From NCBI GenBank assembly GCA_032128415.1, contig JAQBGW010000063.1, positions 3,597 to 67,596 of the forward strand: 64,000 bases of DNA. The letters run 5' to 3'. Positions within the stretch are counted from its first letter, which is position 1. The number at the start of each line of letters is the position of its first letter. The position numbers and the translations under genes are program-made. The notes under the pieces were generated by a model. The model did not search any database. It saw nothing but the letters and a program-made list of their open reading frames with translations, and was not told the DNA's origin. The DNA comes from Betaproteobacteria bacterium (GTDB lineage: Bacteria; Pseudomonadota; Gammaproteobacteria; Burkholderiales; SG8-41). Below are positions 34,050-43,101 of the stretch, piece by piece.

Positions 34050-35762
34050 ATGGCCAAGAAGCGATATTCGCGCGCGTCACAGCCGCGCAAGTGCAAACTG
34101 ATCATCGAAAAAGACGTACAGATTCCGCTGCGCGACGGCACCATCCTCTACGCCGATGTGTTCCGGCCGAATTTCCGTGAGCGGGTGCCGGTGATCCTCA
34201 ACACCGGGCCGTACCAGAAAGACAAGCTGTGGATGCCGCCGAAGGATCTCGAGGAAGACGCCAACCCGTACATGAACTGGGAGACCGTCAATCCCGAGTG
34301 GTGGTGTCCGCGCGGCTACGCCTGCGTGCGCGTCGATGTGCGCGGCGCCGGCAAGTCGCCGGGGAAATCCGACCCCAGCTCGTACCAGGAAGGGCTCGAT
34401 GCTTACGACGCGATTGAATGGATCGCCAAGCGCGACTGGTGCTCGGGCAAGGTCGGCATGCTGGGCATTTCCTATCATGCATCTTCGCAGTGGCGCGCCG
34501 CCAACCTGCAGCCGCCATCGCTGAAAGCCATCATGCCGTGGGAGGGCCGCGCCGACCAGTACCGGGACCAGGCCTATCACGGCGGCATCTTTGCGCTGGG
34601 CTTCATCGGCAACTGGTGGCTGACGCATACCGCGCACCATCTGCTGGGCAAGCCGCGCAGCTACAACCCCGATGCGTTCCACAACGACATGATGTGGCAG
34701 TTCATGCGCAACGACCTTGACTCCGAATACTGGCGGTTGAGCAGCGCGCGCTGGGACCAGATCAAGGTGCCGGTGTACAGCGTCGGCAACTGGGGTGGCT
34801 TTTCGATGCATTTGCGCGGCAATATCGAAGGCTTCATGAACGCCGCGGCCAAGCACAAAAAGCTGCGTATCCACACCGGCTCGCATTTTCATCCGTTCCA
34901 TGCCGAAGAAGGGCGCATGGATCAGTTGCGCTGGTTTGATCATTGGCTGAAAAACAACGATACCGGCCTCATGGACGAGCCGCCGGTCAAACTGGAAATC
35001 CGCACTGGCGGGAGCAAGAAACCGTATCCGTACCGCTTCGAGAATGAATGGCCGTTAAAGCGCACGCAGTGGACGAAGATGTATCTCAAGCCGGAGCGCA
35101 CCAAGCCGGGCGGGCCTGATGCCGTCGAAGGCTTGCTGGCGAAATCAGCACCGAAGAACCGCGCGAAGCTGTTGTATTCCCCCAGCGGTGTAACCACTGC
35201 GGGGGTCGCCGGCGGCTCGTCGCTGTCCACCACGCACGGCAACACCGGGCGCACCGGTATTTCCTTCGTCACGCCGCCGATGGCGGCCGACACCGAGATT
35301 ACCGGGCCGCTGGTACTCAACCTGTGGGTGTCGAGCACCTCCGAAGACATGGATATTTTTGTGACCATCCGCAATATCGGCCGGGACGGCAAGGATGTCT
35401 GCGAAGTCGGTCAGCACAGCCAGCCGATTCCCTGCGTGACCAAGGGCTGGCTGCGTGCCTCGCACCGCAAGCTCGACGCGAAAAAATCGCTGCCGTACCG
35501 GCCGTTTCACGCGCATGACGAGCGGCAGTGGCTGAAACGCAACGAGATCGTTGAATGTCGCATCGAAGTATGGCCAACCAGCATGGTGTTCAAAAAAGGC
35601 CACCAGTTGCGTCTCGACATACAGCCGCGCGACGGCCAGGGCAGTGCGCCGTACACGCACTACCACGCCGATTACAACGCCGGTGCGGTTAATGCTGTCT
35701 ATGCCGGCGGCAAGACTGCGTCGTATCTGATGGTGCCGGTGATCCCGGCGAAGAAACGGTAA
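34050..35762 (+). CDS. CocE/NonD-family hydrolase (X-Pro dipeptidyl-peptidase S15 fold)
   Basis: VQIPLRDGTILYADVFRP, DVRGAGKSPG, nucleophile elbow GISYHAS, C-terminal jelly-roll domain. GGAGG Shine-Dalgarno before ATG 34050. Confidence 0.85.
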   Translation: MAKKRYSRASQPRKCKLIIEKDVQIPLRDGTILYADVFRPNFRERVPVILNTGPYQKDKLWMPPKDLEEDANPYMNWETVNPEWWCPRGYACVRVDVRGAGKSPGKSDPSSYQEGLDAYDAIEWIAKRDWCSGKVGMLGISYHASSQWRAANLQPPSLKAIMPWEGRADQYRDQAYHGGIFALGFIGNWWLTHTAHHLLGKPRSYNPDAFHNDMMWQFMRNDLDSEYWRLSSARWDQIKVPVYSVGNWGGFSMHLRGNIEGFMNAAAKHKKLRIHTGSHFHPFHAEEGRMDQLRWFDHWLKNNDTGLMDEPPVKLEIRTGGSKKPYPYRFENEWPLKRTQWTKMYLKPERTKPGGPDAVEGLLAKSAPKNRAKLLYSPSGVTTAGVAGGSSLSTTHGNTGRTGISFVTPPMAADTEITGPLVLNLWVSSTSEDMDIFVTIRNIGRDGKDVCEVGQHSQPIPCVTKGWLRASHRKLDAKKSLPYRPFHAHDERQWLKRNEIVECRIEVWPTSMVFKKGHQLRLDIQPRDGQGSAPYTHYHADYNAGAVNAVYAGGKTASYLMVPVIPAKKR

Positions 35763-35779
35763 GCGCTTTTTTCAATCCT

Positions 35780-35862
35780 GTCATTCCGGCCAAGCGCAGC
35801 GCGAGCCGGAATCCAGATGGTGCTGCTATGCCCCGCTAGATTCTGGCATTCGCCAGAATGAC
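35780..35862. repeat. Composite double-hairpin element (ATTCCGGC-N14-GCCGGAAT and ATTCTGGC-ATTC-GCCAGAAT, flanked by GTCATTC/GAATGAC)
   Basis: Read directly from the sequence. It lies between the convergent stops at 35762 and 35870 and may also act as a terminator. Confidence 0.65.
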
Positions 35863-35869
35863 GGCAGAT

Positions 35870-36292
35870 TTATGCTGGATCCAGGGTATCGCGGGCCCAG
35901 GCCAGTACCGCAGTCAGTCGCGGCGGCAATACGCCTTCGGCTTCGTCGAAAGTCACCCAGCGCCATTCATCGTAGGCGGGCTGGCCGAGTTCATGCGCGA
36001 TCGGCAGCGTCACTTCCGCTGTATTGGTGATTGCCAGGTAGTAGCGCGCGATTTCACCGGTACCGTAGGCGATGGTTTCCTTGTGCGACTCGGCCGAATC
36101 GAAGGTCAGATCAGAAATGCCAGTGCCTTCGGTGGCTTCACGCCGGGCGGCATCGTGCGCGCTTTCGCCTTCTTCGAGCAGGCCCTTCGGGAAATCCCAG
36201 TTGTTGCCCGACCGCAGCACCAGCAGGCGCCAGTCACCGCGGCGCCGTGCGATGACTACGCCGGTGGTGCAGACGACCGTCGCAGGAGCCAT
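35870..36292 (-). CDS. NUDIX hydrolase
   Basis: Nudix box GLLEEGESAHDAARREATEGTGI. ATG 36292 shares one nt with the upstream stop (TGATG); GTG 36295 is an alternative start. Confidence 0.85.
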   Translation of the reverse strand: MAPATVVCTTGVVIARRRGDWRLLVLRSGNNWDFPKGLLEEGESAHDAARREATEGTGISDLTFDSAESHKETIAYGTGEIARYYLAITNTAEVTLPIAHELGQPAYDEWRWVTFDEAEGVLPPRLTAVLAWARDTLDPA

Positions 36293-36669
36293 CACGGTAT
36301 CTGGATCTTGCTGCCAGGTGCTCCCATGCCGGGAACCACGATTGATGAGGCCTGCTGGCGGCGCAGTTCCTGCAGTTCGCGCATGGTGCGCTCGACGCCT
36401 GCCTTGGCGGCGTCGCCGAACTGGGCGACGGCATCAGCGAGATCCTTGGCTTCAATTTCAAAATTGATCGGCAACGGGCCGGCATTGGTCATGATCTGCG
36501 CTTCACCGACATACAAGGTGGGTCGTGCGGTGTCGTCGCTGCCGTCGATCTTGAGCGGTATCATGCGGCGGATCGTACCGACTTTGCGGTCGGTCACGAT
36601 GTCTTCGCGATACAGTGCAGTGGCATCCATTTTGGTATCGGGTGCGCCTTGTTCGGGTCGTTGTGCCAT
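36292..36669 (-). CDS. Conserved hypothetical cytoplasmic protein (125 aa)
   Basis: Coding-like composition. It is coupled to the Nudix gene. The pattern LYREDIVTDRKVGTIRRM...LYVGEAQIMT...ELQELRR recalls a conserved betaproteobacterial family whose name I cannot give. Confidence 0.6.
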   Translation of the reverse strand: MAQRPEQGAPDTKMDATALYREDIVTDRKVGTIRRMIPLKIDGSDDTARPTLYVGEAQIMTNAGPLPINFEIEAKDLADAVAQFGDAAKAGVERTMRELQELRRQQASSIVVPGMGAPGSKIQIP

Positions 36670-36751
36670 GGCAGTGCTTCCTGAATTGAATGAATGCGCT
36701 AGGGTATCAAAAACGCCCGGAATAGGGCACCTCCGATGCGATAATAGAGTC

Positions 36752-38287
36752 ATGACCGGCATCACGCTGACGACCCGCATTACCCTGACTACTATCAATG
36801 CCCGCTACGTGCATGCCGCCCTCGGTCTGCGTTATCTGCGCGCCAATATGGGCGCGCTGCGCGAGGCGACGCATATTGCCGAATTCGTGCTCGGCGACCG
36901 TCCGGCGGACATCGCCGAACGGCTGCTGGCGGACGCGCCGCGCATCATCGGTTTCGGCGTTTATATCTGGAACGTCGAAGAAACCGCGCGCGTGGTGGCG
37001 ATACTCAAGCGTGTGGCGCCGGAAATTACTGTCATCGTCGGCGGCCCCGAAGTCAGTTACGAGATTGAAAATCAACGGGTTTGCGAGCTGGCTGATTATG
37101 TCGTCACCGGCTGGGGTGATGTCACTTTTCCCAAGCTGTGCGCGGATATCGTTGCCGGTGTATTGCCGACCACCATGCCCGCGCAGAAAATTCACGCCGG
37201 CGTGCAGCCGCCAATGCGGGAAATCGCCTCGCCGTACGGTGAATACACCGATGAAGACATCGCGCGGCGTTTCATTTATGTCGAGGCCTCGCGTGGCTGT
37301 CCGTTCAAATGCGAATTCTGCCTGTCGGCGCTGGACAAGACGGCGTGGCCGTTCGAGCCGGAGCGTTTTCTCGGTGAACTCAAGGCCTTGTACGACCGTG
37401 GCGCACGGCATTTTCGTTTTGTGGATCGCACCTTCAATCTCAAGATTGCGGCGAGTCTGGCGATACTTGAATTTTTTCTGGCGCGGCTGAGCGACGACCT
37501 GTTTATTCATTTCGAGCTGATTCCCGATCATTTGCCCGAGAAACTGAAAGCCGCGATTGCGCGCTTTCCGCAGGGCAGGCTGCATTTTGAAGTCGGCATC
37601 CAGACTTGGGACGAGGCGGTGCAGGCGCGCATTTCACGCAAGCAGGACAACGCGCTGGCCGAAACCAATCTGCGCTGGCTGCGCGAAGAATCACCGGCGC
37701 TGATACATGTAGATTTGATCGCCGGCCTGCCCGGTGAAGACCTTGCCACCTTCGGCCGCGGTTTCGACCGGCTGCATGCGCTGCGCCCGCATGAAATCCA
37801 GGTTGGCATACTCAAGCGGCTGCGCGGCGCACCGATTGCCCGCCATACCGAACAACACGCCATGCGCTACAGCCCGGACGCACCGTATGTGGTGCTGGCG
37901 ACGGACAAACTCGATTTCAGCGAAGTGCAGCGCATCGTGCGGTTTGCGCGTTACTGGGATCTCGTCGGCAACTCCGGGCGATTTCATCGCACCTTGCCTT
38001 TGCTGCTGACCGCTGCGCCGTTTGCACGGTTCATGCAATTTACCGACTGGCTTTATGCGCGCACTGGAAAAACCCATGAATTTGCACTGGAGAAATTGTG
38101 CGGCCACCTGTACGATTTTCTGGTGGGGTCGGGCGCTGAAACCACAGCTGTGGCTGCCGCAGTGGCGGGTGATTACGAAGCCTGCGGCGCCAAGGGCCGG
38201 CTGCCGTTCATGGCTGCAGGGGTGCGGCCTGAGCCCCGCGCTGGTGTGCGCGGCAAGCTGCGTCAGGCACGGCATGTGCATGCCTGA
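36752..38287 (+). CDS. B12-binding domain radical SAM protein (DUF4080-type C-terminus)
   Basis: N-terminal B12-binding-like domain (TINARYVHAALGLRYL, IIGFGVYIWN). Radical SAM cluster motif SRGCPFKCEFC. Only the 3' 511 codons of the 809-codon ORF look coding. Confidence 0.85.
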   Translation: MTGITLTTRITLTTINARYVHAALGLRYLRANMGALREATHIAEFVLGDRPADIAERLLADAPRIIGFGVYIWNVEETARVVAILKRVAPEITVIVGGPEVSYEIENQRVCELADYVVTGWGDVTFPKLCADIVAGVLPTTMPAQKIHAGVQPPMREIASPYGEYTDEDIARRFIYVEASRGCPFKCEFCLSALDKTAWPFEPERFLGELKALYDRGARHFRFVDRTFNLKIAASLAILEFFLARLSDDLFIHFELIPDHLPEKLKAAIARFPQGRLHFEVGIQTWDEAVQARISRKQDNALAETNLRWLREESPALIHVDLIAGLPGEDLATFGRGFDRLHALRPHEIQVGILKRLRGAPIARHTEQHAMRYSPDAPYVVLATDKLDFSEVQRIVRFARYWDLVGNSGRFHRTLPLLLTAAPFARFMQFTDWLYARTGKTHEFALEKLCGHLYDFLVGSGAETTAVAAAVAGDYEACGAKGRLPFMAAGVRPEPRAGVRGKLRQARHVHA

Positions 38288-38319
38288 GCGAATACTTGAA
38301 CACATAAGCGAGATGCGCC

Positions 38320-38709
38320 ATGAGACGATTTGATCCACACGAACATTCCCGCAACGTGCTGGGCGAGAAACTGCAAACCTGCAGCGATCGGCCGAAGACC
38401 GGGTTTTTCCGTGACGGCTGCTGCAACACCGGCCCGGAGGATGTCGGCGTGCATACGGTATGCGTGGTGCTGACTGCAGAGTTTCTCGAATACAGCAAGG
38501 CACAGGGCAATGACCTGAGTACGCCGCAACCGGATTTCGGTTTCCCGGGGCTCAAACCGGGTGATCGCTGGTGCCTGTGCGCGCAGCGCTGGCGCGAAGC
38601 GCTCGATGAGGGTAAGGCACCACGGGTGGTGCTCGCCGCGACGCACGAAGCGTCGCTGGAATTTGCGACGCTGGCCGACTTCAAAAAATTTGCGATTGAT
38701 TTGTCCTGA
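38320..38709 (+). CDS. DUF2237-family protein
   Basis: TGFFRDGCCNTGPEDVGVHTVC...GDRWCLCAQRW is the Cys-rich signature of DUF2237. Confidence 0.8.
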   Translation: MRRFDPHEHSRNVLGEKLQTCSDRPKTGFFRDGCCNTGPEDVGVHTVCVVLTAEFLEYSKAQGNDLSTPQPDFGFPGLKPGDRWCLCAQRWREALDEGKAPRVVLAATHEASLEFATLADFKKFAIDLS

Positions 38710-38718
38710 GGAGTAAGC

Positions 38719-39132
38719 ATGACCGACATAGACGGCAAGACCCTGGCCCCGCTGCCCGCCGATGATCTGATCACGCTGACGCATATCATCTACGGCCTGC
38801 ATGCGTTCAGTGCGCTGACGGGGCTTTCCAGCGCGGCGTTCATCGTCACCGCATTCCTGACCGGCTGGCCGTCGATCATTGCAGTGATCATCAATTACGT
38901 GAAGCGCGATGCGGTGCGCAGCACTTTTCTAGACAGCCATTTCTCCTGGCAAATCCGCACCTTCTGGTGGGCAGTGTGCTGGTTCGTGATTGCCTGGCTG
39001 ATGATTATTACCTTCATCGGCGCGATCATCGGCATCCCACTGCTGCTGCTGGTCGGCATCTGGGTGCTCTATCGCATCATTCGTGGCTGGATCGCGCTGA
39101 GCGGCCGCAAGGCGATGCCGTCGCACTCATGA
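38719..39132 (+). CDS. Small integral membrane protein (DUF4870-like)
   Basis: Three or four TM helices. YGLHAFSALTG...IIAVIINYVKR motif. Confidence 0.6.
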   Translation: MTDIDGKTLAPLPADDLITLTHIIYGLHAFSALTGLSSAAFIVTAFLTGWPSIIAVIINYVKRDAVRSTFLDSHFSWQIRTFWWAVCWFVIAWLMIITFIGAIIGIPLLLLVGIWVLYRIIRGWIALSGRKAMPSHS

Positions 39133-39153
39133 AGTAATGGTTAACAGGCCCTA

Positions 39154-39528
39154 ATGTCCGTCCGCATCGACAAATGGTTGTGGGCCGCACGCTTTTTCAA
39201 GACGCGAACGGTGGCGCAGCAGGCGGTCGAAGGCGGCAAGGTCAAACTCAACGGCGAGCGCGTCAAGCCGGCAAAGGAGGTGCGCGTGGGCGACGAACTC
39301 GCGATCCACATCGGCGCCTACGAATGGATTGTTCGCATCGCCGGATTGTCGGACAAGCGCGGCACGGCAACTGTGGCGCGCGCACTGTATGCCGAAGACG
39401 AGGCCGGAAAGCTGAAACGCGAAGCGCAGGCGGCGCTGCGCAAATTCGCTGCCGACCCGGGACAGGATCGCCACGGCCGCCCGACCAAACGCGAGCGGCG
39501 GCAATTGGAACGCTGGCGTAGTGAATAG
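39154..39528 (+). CDS. hslR: Ribosome-associated heat shock protein Hsp15 (S4 RNA-binding domain)
   Basis: RIDKWLWAARFFKTR...GGKVKLNGERVKP and a basic C-terminus (GRPTKRERRQLERW), as in E. coli HslR. Confidence 0.85.
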   Translation: MSVRIDKWLWAARFFKTRTVAQQAVEGGKVKLNGERVKPAKEVRVGDELAIHIGAYEWIVRIAGLSDKRGTATVARALYAEDEAGKLKREAQAALRKFAADPGQDRHGRPTKRERRQLERWRSE

Positions 39529-39556
39529 GTCGAATAGCTATTACAGGAGCAACATC

Positions 39557-39853
39557 ATGAGCAGTCAGGACAAAACAAAAGACATCGATCTCGATGAGGC
39601 CGCGCGTCTGATTGATGCGATGGAGCGCGATCTTGGCAAAGTACGTGGCGATTCACAGGACGTGCAGCGGCTGCGCGATGAGGTGCGGACGCTGCGCAAC
39701 GTGCTCAACTCGCCCGTGCAGCGTCACCACTGGGTCAGCGACAGCCTGCACGATATCCGTGGCCTGCTCGACGAAACCGTGGACGAGGCGGTCTATGAGG
39801 GCGTCACCATCAGCCGCTACGCTGCCGAGATTGCGCGCATACTCGGGCTGTAG
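39557..39853 (+). CDS. DUF4404-like small helical protein
   Basis: CAGGAG Shine-Dalgarno before ATG 39557. The helical pattern LRDEVRTLRNVLNSP...HW is similar to DUF4404 as I recall it. Confidence 0.55.
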   Translation: MSSQDKTKDIDLDEAARLIDAMERDLGKVRGDSQDVQRLRDEVRTLRNVLNSPVQRHHWVSDSLHDIRGLLDETVDEAVYEGVTISRYAAEIARILGL

Positions 39854-39869
39854 GTAAAATTATAAAAAT

Positions 39870-39893
39870 ACCAATAAAAACAATAAGTTATAT
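39870..39893 (+). repeat. AT-rich dispersed intergenic motif (ACCAATAAAAACAATAAGTTATAT)
   Basis: Shares ATAAAAATA.CAATAAAAACAAT.AGTTA.AT with the other copies. It sits 24 nt upstream of REP copy 3. Confidence 0.55.
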
Positions 39894-39916
39894 TTTAATC
39901 CCACAACGTACCCCTT

Positions 39917-39997
39917 CCGTTCGCCCTGAGCCCTTCGACAGGCTCAGGACAGGCTCTGTCGAAGGGCGAGGGGCTTCGACAGGCTCAGCCCGAACGG
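39917..39997. repeat. GC-rich palindromic REP element, copy 3 (expanded, 81 nt)
   Basis: CCGTTCGCCCTGAG ... CTCAGCCCGAACGG termini, with an extra internal CTTCGACAGGCTCAGGACAGGCTCTGTCGAAGGG module. Confidence 0.8.
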
Positions 39998-40032
39998 CGT
40001 GGAGTATTCAATAGCTACTGATTGTTCACCGC

Positions 40033-41589
40033 TTATCCCCGTTGCGGCCCTGCGCGGCCATCCTCGACCACGTAACCGGGCAATTGAAACACCTTTGAAT
40101 GTTCATCCTGGGGATTGACGACGGCGTGGAAAGTGGTCTCCCAGCGCCGTGGTGTGACCTCGCAACGCGCGTAACCGCGGCGCGAGCCGTTGGCGTATTT
40201 AACGTGTGGGTTATCCGACAGCAGCGCCTCAATGCGCGCGTGGTTGGGTCCGAAGGAACTGATGGAGGTGGCGACAAATTCACTGGCGACTATCGGTGAT
40301 TTTTCGTTGTCGAAATCGATCTTCAGTTCATTCGCCGATGCGAAATGCACGTCGCCGCCGATGACGACCGGATTGCGTATCCTGCGCTCCGCGATGAAGC
40401 CCAGCAGTTTTTCCCGCGCCCGCGGATAACCGTCCCAGCCGTCGGTATAGACAATCCGCTCCGGGCCTGGCTCGCGATCCGCCTGCGCCATCAGTGTGGT
40501 TTGCGCGATGACATTCCAGCGCGCAGCGGATTTAGTGAGCGCCTGTTCCAGCCAGCGCTCTTGCGCCGCACCCAGCAATGAACGCCCCGGCGTGGCGAGC
40601 TCGGGGCACTCAGCCACATCGACCTGATTGCCGCCGCCGCGGCCTAGCCGCGAGCACACGTGGTAATCGCGGTATTGCCGCAGGTCGAGCATCTGGATAT
40701 TCGCCAGCGCGCCCATCGCCTGTGTGCCGTAAATTTTCATGTGGGGTCCGCCGGCGTAACTTCCGGGCGGCAGCGGCATGTGCTCGTAATACGCCTGATA
40801 TGCCGCAGCACGTCGCCGCAGAAAGACATCGACCGCATCAAGATCCTGCGAGCGGTCGTTGGCGTAATCGTTGTCAACTTCGTGATCGTCCCAGGTCACC
40901 AGCCACGGACAGGCGGCGTGCGCGGCCTGCAGATGCAGATCAGTTTTGTACAAGGCGTAGCGGTTGCGGTAATCGTCCAGCGTGTACGGCTCCGGGGTGC
41001 TGACATAACGCACAAACTCAGATCTGCGGCCCCACGACGATTCGTAAATGTAATCGCCGACATGGATGACCAAATCCAGCTTCTGCTGCGCCATGTCGCG
41101 ATAGGCCGTAAAAAATCCGTGCTCGTAGTGCTGGCACGAGGCGAGGGCAAAGGCGAGCGGGGTGTGCTGGTCCTCCGCAGCCGGCGCCGTGCGCGTGCGC
41201 CCGACGGGGCTAACCGCATCACCCACCATGAAGCGGTACCAATACCAGCGTGCTGGTTGCAGGCCGCGCGCATTGACATGCACTGCATGGGCGAAGGCCG
41301 GCACGGCGACGGCATCACCTCGTCCCACAATTTTTTTAAAACCTTCATCGGCGGCGATTTCCCAGCGCACGTTGACAGCGGCAGGCGGCATGCCGCCGCC
41401 GTGCAGCGGATCGGGCGCCAGCCGCGTCCACAGCACGACAGAATCATGCTGCGGATAACCGGAGGCGACGCCGAGAGAAAACGGGTTTTGGGTAAAGCGT
41501 GGTTGCGCGTACAAGCACGGCGCAGGCAAGGCGATTGCGGCGGAGAGCGCGGCGGAACGGAGCAGAAAATCGCGGCGGGTAGGAATCAT
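40033..41589 (-). CDS. phoD: Alkaline phosphatase D-family phosphodiesterase/phosphatase with Tat signal
   Basis: Twin-arginine signal MIPTRRDFLLRSAALSAAIALPAP. PhoD-like metallophosphatase motifs (HVGDYIYE, WDDHEVDND, GGDVH). Confidence 0.85.
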   Translation of the reverse strand: MIPTRRDFLLRSAALSAAIALPAPCLYAQPRFTQNPFSLGVASGYPQHDSVVLWTRLAPDPLHGGGMPPAAVNVRWEIAADEGFKKIVGRGDAVAVPAFAHAVHVNARGLQPARWYWYRFMVGDAVSPVGRTRTAPAAEDQHTPLAFALASCQHYEHGFFTAYRDMAQQKLDLVIHVGDYIYESSWGRRSEFVRYVSTPEPYTLDDYRNRYALYKTDLHLQAAHAACPWLVTWDDHEVDNDYANDRSQDLDAVDVFLRRRAAAYQAYYEHMPLPPGSYAGGPHMKIYGTQAMGALANIQMLDLRQYRDYHVCSRLGRGGGNQVDVAECPELATPGRSLLGAAQERWLEQALTKSAARWNVIAQTTLMAQADREPGPERIVYTDGWDGYPRAREKLLGFIAERRIRNPVVIGGDVHFASANELKIDFDNEKSPIVASEFVATSISSFGPNHARIEALLSDNPHVKYANGSRRGYARCEVTPRRWETTFHAVVNPQDEHSKVFQLPGYVVEDGRAGPQRG

Positions 41590-41675
41590 GGTGGTGCGGA
41601 CTATAACGCGCGGACGGTGATATCGGACCTACAAGGGGCAGGTGTATCCTGCGCCGCGTGGCAAGCTAATTGTTG

Positions 41676-41699
41676 ATGTAACCTATTGTTTTATTTAAT
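41676..41699 (-). repeat. AT-rich dispersed intergenic motif, reverse orientation
   Basis: The reverse complement reads ATTAAATAAAACAATAGGTTACAT. It matches the consensus with one 1-nt gap. Confidence 0.5.
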
Positions 41700-41874
41700 A
41701 ATAATAGACATTCGCTGTGGACTCGGAAGACCAAAATAGATTTTTCCAGGTAATCAATTGAAAGACATGGGGAATTGCCGATAAGCCCTGATTCAGGGAG
41801 GGCTCAAGCCCGCCAGCATCAAGTTCGAGCGCTGAGTTTCGTGGACGTCCCGATGTTCAAGATATGGGGGGGCA

Positions 41875-42057
41875 ATGGTCGTGGTAGTAGGCCTGACGGT
41901 GCCGATCGTGGCGCGCGTGGTGTTCGACGGTGCATTCAATCCGGCTATGCACAACCTGTGGCCGATCGAAATGTTAATTGCAATTTTAATAGGCAGTGCT
42001 GCGGCAATGATTAATGTGCTGCTGGGCAGCTTGGCGCTGAGGATGTCACGCGCGTAG
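41875..42057 (+). CDS. Possible small membrane protein (60 aa)
   Basis: G-rich Shine-Dalgarno-like run before the ATG and two hydrophobic segments. No homology recognised, and the middle of the ORF is AT-rich. Confidence 0.3.
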   Translation: MVVVVGLTVPIVARVVFDGAFNPAMHNLWPIEMLIAILIGSAAAMINVLLGSLALRMSRA

Positions 42058-42180
42058 CCGGAAGATCAACAAAGCGGTAAAGGATGCGCTGTCGGATGTC
42101 TGACCCGTTGCGCTATATTCGGGGTAACGGGCAGATGCGCCTTGAGTCCATTGTCCTGAATCCGTAACCGGGGGAGATCT

Positions 42181-43077
42181 GTGGAGCAGCCGAAATCCAG
42201 TATGGCAGTGTTGTTCGCTGATGTCAGCGACAGCACCCGCCTCTATGAATCACTGGGCGATACGATGGCGTTCGGTAATGTGCGTGAAATCATCGCGCTG
42301 CTGAAAGATATTACCGAGTCATGTCAGGGGCGGGTGGTGAAGACTATCGGTGACGGTCTGATGTGCGCGTTTCCATCGGCGGACGATGCGGCAAATGCCG
42401 CAGGTGAAATGCATAAAAAAGTCGCCTCGCTGCCGCCGCTGAAAAGCGGCAAACAACTGACGATCCGCGTGGGGTTTCATTTTGGGCCGGTGATCGAGGC
42501 CGGGGACGACGTGTTCGGCGATAGTGTGAACGTCGCTGCGCGAATGGCGGGGCTTGCGCTGTCCGGGCAGGCGCTGACGGACGCTGATACCGTTGCAGTG
42601 CTTTCGGCTGCGCTGCGCGCGGGCACACGTCAGATCAACGCGCTGCCGGTGAAGGGGAAGGCAGAAGAAATCGAAGTCCATGAATTGCTGTGGCAAACCA
42701 GTGATGACCGCACGGTGATCCCGGGTCGAGATGCTGTGCCGGTTACCGAGCCGCGCCGCGGACCTCGCATCAGAATCACGTATCAGGGTTGTGAGACTGC
42801 ATTTTCGGAAACCATCTTTCTCGGGCGTGAGGCGGCCGGCAATCATGTGGTGGTGGAAACGCCGACCGCGTCCCGCCGTCACGCGAAAATCGAGATGCGT
42901 GCCGGCAGGTTCGTGTTGATTGACCAGAGCAGCAACGGGACATTCGTCGTCGTTGCCGGGTCGGGAGAAATTCTGCTGAAGCGTGAGGAGATCATGCTCT
43001 ATTCAAGCGGCAAATTTGCCTTTGGTCAGAGCACTGCAATTCCCGGTGCCGAGGTCATCAGTTTTAATTGCGACTGA
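42181..43077 (+). CDS. Class III adenylate/guanylate cyclase domain fused to a C-terminal FHA domain
   Basis: Cyclase motifs AVLFADVSDSTRL, KTIGDGLMCAF, GDSVNVAARM. FHA pattern LGREAAGNHVVVETPTASRRHAKIEMRAGRFVLIDQSSNGTFV. GGGGGAGA Shine-Dalgarno before GTG 42181. Confidence 0.85.
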   Translation: MEQPKSSMAVLFADVSDSTRLYESLGDTMAFGNVREIIALLKDITESCQGRVVKTIGDGLMCAFPSADDAANAAGEMHKKVASLPPLKSGKQLTIRVGFHFGPVIEAGDDVFGDSVNVAARMAGLALSGQALTDADTVAVLSAALRAGTRQINALPVKGKAEEIEVHELLWQTSDDRTVIPGRDAVPVTEPRRGPRIRITYQGCETAFSETIFLGREAAGNHVVVETPTASRRHAKIEMRAGRFVLIDQSSNGTFVVVAGSGEILLKREEIMLYSSGKFAFGQSTAIPGAEVISFNCD

Positions 43078-43101
43078 CCATCGCCGGCCGGCGGTTGCGT
43101 A

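Noticed and set aside
35858-36751. The 5' 298 codons of the 809-aa ORF 35858-38287.
   Set aside because: This part runs antisense through the Nudix gene and the conserved hypothetical gene and across a repeat element. Its translation is Arg/Gly/Ala-rich with no motifs. Homology to radical SAM proteins begins only at Met 36752.
36752-36800. A direct amino-acid repeat ITLTTR/ITLTTI at the start of the radical SAM protein.
   Set aside because: It is a short 6-codon duplication with diverged nucleotides. It is probably a trivial N-terminal variation with no functional inference possible.
40660-41676. A 338-aa ORF on the plus strand.
   Set aside because: It is antisense to the PhoD-family gene, which has a Tat signal and metallophosphatase motifs.
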